From Gemmatimonadota bacterium (GTDB taxonomy: Bacteria > Gemmatimonadota > Gemmatimonadetes > JACCXV01): a DNA stretch of 64,000 bases. The position numbers were made by a program, and so were the translations under genes. This document shows, piece by piece, positions 57,579 through 64,000 of this stretch. Each line of letters begins with the position of its first letter. Positions within the stretch are counted from its first letter, which is position 1. A model generated the notes under the pieces. It searched no databases. It was given only the letters and a program-made list of their open reading frames with translations, and was not told the DNA's origin. The stretch lies in NCBI GenBank assembly GCA_036556205.1, contig DATBJW010000065.1, forward strand, positions 4,285 to 68,284. The letters are read 5' to 3'.

Positions 57579-58976
57579 TTACTGCGTCACCCAGCTTGTC
57601 CAGCCGTCGATCCAGTTGTTGCTGCCGAACGCCCCCAGGTAATCCGCCGAGCCGTCCACGATGCCCGGGCCCGTCGGCGTGGCGGCGTTCGCCGCGTTCA
57701 GGGCCGGCGAGCCGGCTTGCGGCAGCGGGTTGGGCTGGTTCCCGTTGATCGGATTGCTGAAGTCCACCGACGTGAACTGCGGGTCGGCGAAGACGAACGT
57801 GCCGGCGCCGAAGGCGGTCGCGACGTCGGTCGTGACGTAGGCGCCGCCCGAGAAGCGGTTGATGTTCCTCTCGAGCGGAGTACCGGCCGCCTGCGCCGCG
57901 GGACTGGCGAGCCCCTGGTTGTTGAAGAACAGGATGTTGTTCAGGACCAGGTTCCCGGCCGCGACCTGTGCGAACGACGCGTCGCCGTCGATCACCGCCC
58001 CCACGTTGCCGAAGTTGGCGACGATGGCGTTGTGGACCAGGCTCCCCGAATTGCGGCGAATGTAGAGGCCGTCGTTGTTCTCGCTGTTCGCCCTCGCGAC
58101 GCCGGTCCCGACGTACGTCACGTTCCAGAAACTGGGGATCGTGAAGGGCAGGTTGCCGCTGCCGTTGGCGTCGTTGTCGCACTCCTCACCGCGGTTGGCG
58201 AGGTTCCTGTCCTGGATCACAAATGCGAACTGGACCGTACCCACCCAGCCGTTGTCGCAATCGAGGTTGTCGTCGTCGTTGGCCGAGCTGACGAGGAAGC
58301 TGGCGTTCACCGTGCCGCCGAACCACTCGAACCCGTCGTCGGCGATGAAGTGCGACTGCACGTGGTCGATGACGGTCCCGCTGCCGACGCCGGCCATCGT
58401 GAGCCCGTTGATCTCGTTGTCGGGAGTCACCTTCACCCCGCCGAACTCGATCACCAGGTAGTGGATCTCGCCGCTCGAGTCGTTGGCGTTCGTGCCGCCG
58501 AAGGGCTCGCTCACGCCCTCCGATATGCCGCTGCCGCCCGGCAGGTTGATGGGCGCGCAGCCGGCCAGCAGGACGCCGCCGCCCGTACCGCGCACGCGCG
58601 CGGTGCCCGCGGAGACCGCGGGACGGAAGACCACCGGATCCGCGGCCGTGCCCTGAATGATGAGCCTCCCGCTCGGGTTCACCGAGTCGCAGCGCCGGGT
58701 GATGAGCGTTCCCCTGGTGTCGGGATCGCTCAGGAGCTGCGTGCCGGCCGGGACGATCAGCGTCGCGCCGGGCGAGACACGGAAGAAGCCCTGGATGGTA
58801 TACGTCGTGTCGGGCGAGAGCGTGCGCGTCCCGTTCACGTCACCCGTCAGGGTGGCCTCCTGTGGGCCGGGAGGCGGGTTGTTGCCATCGTTGTTGCTGT
58901 CGCCGCAGGCAGCCAGGCTGGCGGCCACGAGCGTCGCCAGCGCGAGCCCTCTCAGACCCCGAAAGCTCATCCGCAT
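57579..58976 (-). CDS. Beta-helix-type surface lipoprotein partnering the TonB-dependent receptor
   Basis: Lipobox LAAC; GGVLLAG, DSSG.IHY..IEFGG, NEINGLTMAGVGSGT, DDGFEWFGGTVN, DDNLDCDNG; Asn/Asp/Gly-rich. Confidence 0.8.
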   Translation of the reverse strand: MRMSFRGLRGLALATLVAASLAACGDSNNDGNNPPPGPQEATLTGDVNGTRTLSPDTTYTIQGFFRVSPGATLIVPAGTQLLSDPDTRGTLITRRCDSVNPSGRLIIQGTAADPVVFRPAVSAGTARVRGTGGGVLLAGCAPINLPGGSGISEGVSEPFGGTNANDSSGEIHYLVIEFGGVKVTPDNEINGLTMAGVGSGTVIDHVQSHFIADDGFEWFGGTVNASFLVSSANDDDNLDCDNGWVGTVQFAFVIQDRNLANRGEECDNDANGSGNLPFTIPSFWNVTYVGTGVARANSENNDGLYIRRNSGSLVHNAIVANFGNVGAVIDGDASFAQVAAGNLVLNNILFFNNQGLASPAAQAAGTPLERNINRFSGGAYVTTDVATAFGAGTFVFADPQFTSVDFSNPINGNQPNPLPQAGSPALNAANAATPTGPGIVDGSADYLGAFGSNNWIDGWTSWVTQ

Positions 58977-59008
58977 CGCTTGCTCCCCCTTCGGTTGTCG
59001 GTGGTTGG

Positions 59009-61822
59009 TTAGAGGGTATACCCCAGGTCGAGCTTGATCTGGCGGCCCGCCTTGTACTCCCGGGTTCGGACATCGCCGAGCTCGTAGCGGTACTCGGCGT
59101 TGGTCAGATTCTCGATCGCGAGCTTGGCCATCATGGACTGGAAGAGCGGTTGTTCGAGCGTCACGTCGAAGGTGTGGCGCGGCAGCTCGTAGATGTCGTC
59201 GAAACCCTGCGTGCCGACCTGGTAGAGCCGCTTCCCGACGCCGTTGTAGAGCACGGTAGCGGTCGTTCCGACGGACGAGAGCGTGTAGTAGAGTGAAGCG
59301 TTCACGAGGAAGTCGGACTGCCCCGCCATCGGACGCTCGCTGTTCGTGAACACCTCGGGAGACAGCAGATCCGCGCCGCTGCTGCCGGCGGACCCCAGAA
59401 AGACCTCGACGGGCTCGTCTTGCTTCACCTTGGAGTCGGCGAGCGCGACGTTGCCCGAGATCCCGAGCCCCGTGAGACCCACCCGCGTCAGGTCTTGGCG
59501 CAACTCGAGCTCAACGCCGTAGACCTGCGCGCTGGGGGCGTTGTACGGCTCCGGAGATCCCACGTTCGTGCCGCCCGTCGGCAGGCGGACGATCTCGATG
59601 GGGTCGTTGAAGTACTTGTAGAAGACGCCGAGGGACACGATCTCGCCGGGTGCGGGGAACAGAGACCACCGCAGGTCGGCGTTGTAGATCGAGCCGTTCT
59701 GGAGGAAGGGATTCCCGAGGGTGCTCTCGAGGTAGTTGTCGTACCGGAAGGGGGCCAGCTCCCGGAAGTCGGGACGCACGATCGTGCGCGCCGCCGAGAC
59801 CTGCACGACCTGCTCGGTCGTGGGCTCCCAGCGCACGTTGAGCGTGGGCAGCGGCTCGACCGTGGACAGGTCGGCCGAAAGCGGGGTGATCGCCGCGCCG
59901 CTGCGGGGATCGAAAGCATCCACCTGCGTATCGTTGACCTCCACCCGCAGGCCCGGCGTCATCCGCACGCGACTCGAGAGCCCGATGTCGAGGCTGGCGA
60001 AGGCGGCGCCGCTCGGCTCCTTGGCCTCGTACTGGTCGGTCGCCTGTGTCGACTCGAGGAAGCGCAGGTCCCCGGCGGCGATGTTCGACGAGGTGAAGAG
60101 CTGATCGGGCGGCAGCTCGCGGACATCCTGGGTAGCCGCCTCGTAGCTGAACCGCCGGGCGTCGAAATCGCGGGTCCGGTAACCCCCGTAGAGGCCGGCC
60201 TCGATCAGGCTCTCGCCGAAGAGCCCCACGCGCGAGCTGAGCTTCAGGTTTCCCTGGAAGAGATTGTCCGACAAGGTCGAGAAGAATCGCCCGTTGTCGC
60301 CTGATTCGTTGAAGGCGAAAGTACCTTCCGTCGCCGACTGCTTCGTGTACCAGATCTGACGCGTGTCCGGCTCGTCGCGGTGGGTGTAGCCGTAGGAGGC
60401 GTCCCACTCCAGCCTGCCATCGCCCAGGGCCTGAACCTTGTGCTCGCCCCTGAGCAGCGTGCTGAGGAGCGTCCGCTCCACGAACGTCAGACGGTTGATG
60501 AGCGCGAAGCCGCTGGTCGAGAGGTCGAAGGGTCCCGTCACGATGCGCGTCTCGTCCTCCCCGTCCTGCGTGAACAGCACCTTCAGCGAGAGCCGATCGG
60601 TCTTGCCGACGTCCATGCTGTAGCCGCCCAGCACGCCCCAGAGCGCCTCCTCGCTGCCGATCTGCGAGTCGAAGTCGTACTGGAAGAGGTCGGATTCGAG
60701 GCTCGGGAAGAACTCGCTCTCGTCCCACGAATTCGTCTTGTACGAATAGCTGAGCCCGAGCGTGTAGCCGCCGTCCTTGCCGAAGAGGCGGCTCTTGTTT
60801 CCGAAGGAGAAGCCGAAGGACTTGTTGTAGTCGCCGAACTCCACGGGCTCGATTTCGCTCTGTCCCATCGGCTCGAACTCGGAGTGCAACTGCCCCGCCT
60901 GGGCCGGCGGAGTGGTGACCGAGATCAGGTCGGGCAGACCACCCGGCAGCGCGCGGGTGCCGTCGTCGATGCCCAGCCAGTCCGTGTCGCCTCCTGGATA
61001 GGTCACGACGTCGTTGTCGTTGTAGCTCGAGTTGTAGCCGATCCCGGTGGTGATGCGGAAGAAGCCCTCGTCGGGGATGTCCTTGGTCTGGATGTTCACG
61101 AGGCCGCCGGCGAAATTGCCCGGCAAGTCGGCCGTGAAGGACTTCACGGTGAAGACGCTCTCGATCATGTTCGTAGGGAAGAGGTCCAGCGGGACGACGC
61201 GCTTCTCGGGCTCCGGCGTGGGAAGCAGAGTGTTGTCGAGGAGTGCGGTCGAATAGCGTTCCCCCAGGCCCCGGACATAGACGTACTTGTCGTCCACGAT
61301 CGAGGCGCTCGAGACACGGCGCACGGCCTCGGCAGCGTCGGAGTCCGGCGCGCGCGCGATCTCCTGGGACGACACCCCGCTCACCACATTCATGGCGCTT
61401 CGCTGGTAGGAGAGGGCCGCCTCGACCGAGCCGCGCTCCTCCTGGGCCGTGACCTCCACCGTCACGCCCTCGGCGATCACGGCCTCGGCAACCATGCCGA
61501 CGTCCACGTTGGCCGGCGCTTCGGCCGTCACGGCCACACCGGATACGATCTTCTCGGCGTAGCCCAGGTAGAGCACCCGCAAGGCCTGCGTGCCCACGGG
61601 TACCCCGTCGAGCTCGTATTTCCCGTCCAGGTCCGTGAGGCCGCCGAGCTGGGTTCCTTGCACGTACACCTCGGCCCCCACCAGCGGATCACCGGTCTCC
61701 GAGTCCACGATCTTGCCTTGAATGCGGCCCCCGGCGGCCGCTTCCTGCGCGACGAGGCCGGAGCCACCGGCCGCGCACGCGAGGACGAGCAGCCACGCCA
61801 CGCAAACAAGTCGACGCATCAT
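59009..61822 (-). CDS. TonB-dependent receptor with N-terminal CarboxypepD_reg-like domain
   Basis: Signal peptide, GKIVDSETGDPLVGA, ARAPDSDAAEAVRRV, YVRGLGERY, PDFRELAP, NLTN...KLDLGYTL. Confidence 0.93.
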   Translation of the reverse strand: MMRRLVCVAWLLVLACAAGGSGLVAQEAAAGGRIQGKIVDSETGDPLVGAEVYVQGTQLGGLTDLDGKYELDGVPVGTQALRVLYLGYAEKIVSGVAVTAEAPANVDVGMVAEAVIAEGVTVEVTAQEERGSVEAALSYQRSAMNVVSGVSSQEIARAPDSDAAEAVRRVSSASIVDDKYVYVRGLGERYSTALLDNTLLPTPEPEKRVVPLDLFPTNMIESVFTVKSFTADLPGNFAGGLVNIQTKDIPDEGFFRITTGIGYNSSYNDNDVVTYPGGDTDWLGIDDGTRALPGGLPDLISVTTPPAQAGQLHSEFEPMGQSEIEPVEFGDYNKSFGFSFGNKSRLFGKDGGYTLGLSYSYKTNSWDESEFFPSLESDLFQYDFDSQIGSEEALWGVLGGYSMDVGKTDRLSLKVLFTQDGEDETRIVTGPFDLSTSGFALINRLTFVERTLLSTLLRGEHKVQALGDGRLEWDASYGYTHRDEPDTRQIWYTKQSATEGTFAFNESGDNGRFFSTLSDNLFQGNLKLSSRVGLFGESLIEAGLYGGYRTRDFDARRFSYEAATQDVRELPPDQLFTSSNIAAGDLRFLESTQATDQYEAKEPSGAAFASLDIGLSSRVRMTPGLRVEVNDTQVDAFDPRSGAAITPLSADLSTVEPLPTLNVRWEPTTEQVVQVSAARTIVRPDFRELAPFRYDNYLESTLGNPFLQNGSIYNADLRWSLFPAPGEIVSLGVFYKYFNDPIEIVRLPTGGTNVGSPEPYNAPSAQVYGVELELRQDLTRVGLTGLGISGNVALADSKVKQDEPVEVFLGSAGSSGADLLSPEVFTNSERPMAGQSDFLVNASLYYTLSSVGTTATVLYNGVGKRLYQVGTQGFDDIYELPRHTFDVTLEQPLFQSMMAKLAIENLTNAEYRYELGDVRTREYKAGRQIKLDLGYTL

Positions 61823-62304
61823 CTTCCTCCCTGTCCTTCGCCGGAGGGCCCTCCGGCCGGGGCCCCGAGGGGCGGTCGAGTGGGATGCGAAATGCTACGG
61901 TGGAGGCGCTAGGCTAACCGGCCGCTGTCACGGACCTTCGCCGGATCGGTCACGAAAGGATCAACAGGGGCGCCCGCGGGGTGGATGTAACCGTTTGTTC
62001 ACATTCGAGCTGGGGGCAACGCGCCACCGAGACGGCCGTGCCGTCACAAGTGTTACGCGGACGCTCGACATGGCCGCAGGGCACGGGAGACTCCGTCTCC
62101 CGGGGCCGGACGCCGATCGTCGTTGACCGCCGTCCGCTCGCCTTCTAGAGTCCCGCCTGGATGCCGGCGGGAAACTCCCGGGAAGCGGGACCGCGGGTTT
62201 CAGGGACGTGACGGGAGTCCGTCCGCCGGGGACGGAGTGTCGGAGGTCCTGGAGGAGAGCCCTCTTGCGGCCGCCCGTGCCGACCACCCGAGCCAGGAGG
62301 TGCC

Positions 62305-62799
62305 ATGGGGCGAGGAGCTTCGTTCGCGTTCTCGATCAAGAGCAGCGTTTTTCGTGAAGGCAACCCCATCCCCACCCGGTACACCTGCTGGGGCGCGAAC
62401 ATCTCGCCCCCGCTGGAGTGGAGCGGGGCGCCCGCGAACACGCGCGCGTACGTGCTCGTGATGGACAACCCGGATGCGCCCTTCCATGGACGCGTGCACT
62501 GGGTGCTGTTCAACATCTCTCCCGACACGACGCAGTTGCCCGAGGGCCTGTCACGGAACGGCGTGCTCTCGGAGCTGGGCGGCGCGCGCCAGGGGAAGAA
62601 CCACCTGGGACGCCTCGGGTACGACGGACCGTGTCCGCCGCCCGGGCCTGTGCGCCGCTACGTCTTCCGGCTGCACGCGCTCGACGCGCCGCTCGAGCTC
62701 GAGATGGGCGCCTCGCTGGAGGACGTGGAGCGGGCCATGCAGGGACGCTCCCTGGCGAGCGCCAAGCTCGCCGGCACGATGGTCCATCAAGGCGGCTGA
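62305..62799 (+). CDS. YbhB/YbcL (PEBP/RKIP-like) protein
   Basis: NISPPLEWS, DNPDAP, VHWVLFNI, YDGPCPPPG, RYVFRLHALD. Confidence 0.92.
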   Translation: MGRGASFAFSIKSSVFREGNPIPTRYTCWGANISPPLEWSGAPANTRAYVLVMDNPDAPFHGRVHWVLFNISPDTTQLPEGLSRNGVLSELGGARQGKNHLGRLGYDGPCPPPGPVRRYVFRLHALDAPLELEMGASLEDVERAMQGRSLASAKLAGTMVHQGG

Positions 62800-62898
62800 T
62801 CGGTCGCGAATCGCATCTCGGCGGGGGCGGAGCGAACGCTTCGCCCCACGCCGTTCGTTCGTCCGGCAGGCCGACTTCCCCCACCCACGGAGATCACC

Positions 62899-63852
62899 GT
62901 GATCTACGATTCCATCCTCGGCACGATCGGCAACACGCCGATCGTGCGCATCCACCGGCTCGCCCCTTCGCACGTGACCATCTACGTGAAGTGCGAGGCT
63001 TTCAACCCGCTCTCGTCCGTGAAGGATCGGCTCGCCATCGCGATCATCGAGGACGCCGAGCGGCGCGGCACGATCAAGCCGGGCCAGACGGTGGTCGAGG
63101 CCACCTCGGGCAACACCGGGATCGCGCTGGCGATGGTCTGCGCCGCCAAGGGATATCCGTTCGTGGCCGTCATGTCCGACAGCTTCTCGGTGGAGCGGCG
63201 GAAGCTCATGCGCTTCCTGGGCGCGCGCGTGCTCCTGACGCCCGCCGCCGAGCGTGGGACGGGGATGGTGAAGAAGGCCGAGGAGCTCGCGAAGAAGCAC
63301 GGCTGGTTCCTGGCGCGGCAGTTCGAGAACCCGGCCAACCCCGAGTATCACCGGAACACGACCGGACCCGAGATCCTGCGCGACTTCGCGGGCAAACGGC
63401 TGGACTACTGGGTCACGGGCTACGGGACGGGCGGGACGCTCACCGGCGCGGGTCAGATGCTGAAGGCGGCGCGGCCCGACGTGAAGATCGTCGTCACCGA
63501 GCCGGCCGGGGCGGCGCTTCTTTCGGGACGCGAGTGGCAACCGCACAAAATCCAGGGCTGGACGCCCGACTTCATCCCGGCGGTCCTGGACCGCGAGATC
63601 TACGACGAGGTCCTGCCGGTGACGGACGAGGAGGCGCGCGACGCCGCCCGCGACCTCGCGCAGAAGGAAGGGATCTTCTGCGGGATCTCCTCGGGCGGCA
63701 CGTTCGCGGCGGCCCAGAAGGTGGCCCAGAAGGCCCCCGAGGGAAGCGTCCTGCTGGCGATGCTGCCCGACACGGCCGAGCGCTACCTGTCCACGTTTCT
63801 TTTCGAGGGGATCGCCGAGGGGTCGGACGCGGAGCCGGCGGCGCTGCCCTAG
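62899..63852 (+). CDS. cysK: PLP-dependent cysteine synthase
   Basis: IGNTP, SSVKDR, EATSGNTG, QFENPAN, TTGPEI, GTGGT, HKIQG, GISSG, PDTAERYLS. Confidence 0.95.
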   Translation: MIYDSILGTIGNTPIVRIHRLAPSHVTIYVKCEAFNPLSSVKDRLAIAIIEDAERRGTIKPGQTVVEATSGNTGIALAMVCAAKGYPFVAVMSDSFSVERRKLMRFLGARVLLTPAAERGTGMVKKAEELAKKHGWFLARQFENPANPEYHRNTTGPEILRDFAGKRLDYWVTGYGTGGTLTGAGQMLKAARPDVKIVVTEPAGAALLSGREWQPHKIQGWTPDFIPAVLDREIYDEVLPVTDEEARDAARDLAQKEGIFCGISSGGTFAAAQKVAQKAPEGSVLLAMLPDTAERYLSTFLFEGIAEGSDAEPAALP

Positions 63853-63861
63853 AGCCCCGCC

Positions 63862-63999
63862 TCAGCGCCCCCAGCTCAGCATGTACAACAGGAGACCCAG
63901 CGGCGTGAAGAGCCAGTAGTCCCGCGGCATGATCCACCACCAGTTCGGCGCATGCCACCAGGCGTGTCGCGCGTCGAAGCGGCGGATCCCGAACGAGGG
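63862..63999 (-). CDS. 3' end of a Trp-rich membrane protein entering from beyond the window
   Basis: Open frame PSFGIRRFDARHAWWHAPNWWWIMPRDYWLFTPLGLLLYMLSWGR*. Confidence 0.5.
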   Translation of the reverse strand, partial: PSFGIRRFDARHAWWHAPNWWWIMPRDYWLFTPLGLLLYMLSWGR

Positions 64000-64000
64000 A

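Noticed and set aside
121-63958. Numerous long antisense or alternate-frame ORFs in the track (e.g. 33351..36890, 21989..23467, 50514..52706)
   Set aside because: Arg/Ala/Pro/Gly-rich shadows of real genes, typical of high-GC DNA, with no domain motifs.
1-64000. CRISPR arrays, tRNA/rRNA genes, integrases or transposases
   Set aside because: I saw no spaced repeat arrays, RNA-gene signatures or recombinase/transposase motifs.

Overview
High-GC bacterial chromosomal window with about 55 CDS. The gene families suggest Gemmatimonadota or a relative, which is an inference. I found no tRNA, rRNA, CRISPR array or transposase. In order, the window holds: a small RHH gene plus recA; an amber-interrupted TolB-like/TPR membrane-protein gene; housekeeping genes (NDH-2, folE, glyoxalase, M61 peptidase, ModC-like ATPase, GAF protein, acyltransferase, FAD oxidase); a receiver-DUF4388-TonB fusion; mscL and lgt; and a purine-salvage operon with two deaminase paralogues. 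A ~23-kb oxyanion block follows (pstSCAB-phoU-phoB-phoR, two paralogous OprO/P-like porins, a sulfate ABC system with a CysA-USP fusion and an Rrf2 regulator, two thymidylate-kinase-like genes, ppx and a CHAD protein). The right end has an ECF-like sigma factor with mlaEFD and a class III cyclase, an XRE-HicB/HicA toxin-antitoxin module, mgsA, a fluoride-riboswitch crcB-DUF190-mgtE operon, a TonB-dependent receptor with two lipoproteins, ybhB and cysK. The strongest candidates for an undescribed system are the Tmk-like pair/Ppx/CHAD module (possible polyphosphate enzymology) and the Rrf2-controlled sulfate system with its USP-fused ATPase, its own porin and a shared 25-bp operator. All family calls come from motif recognition by eye; no database search was run.
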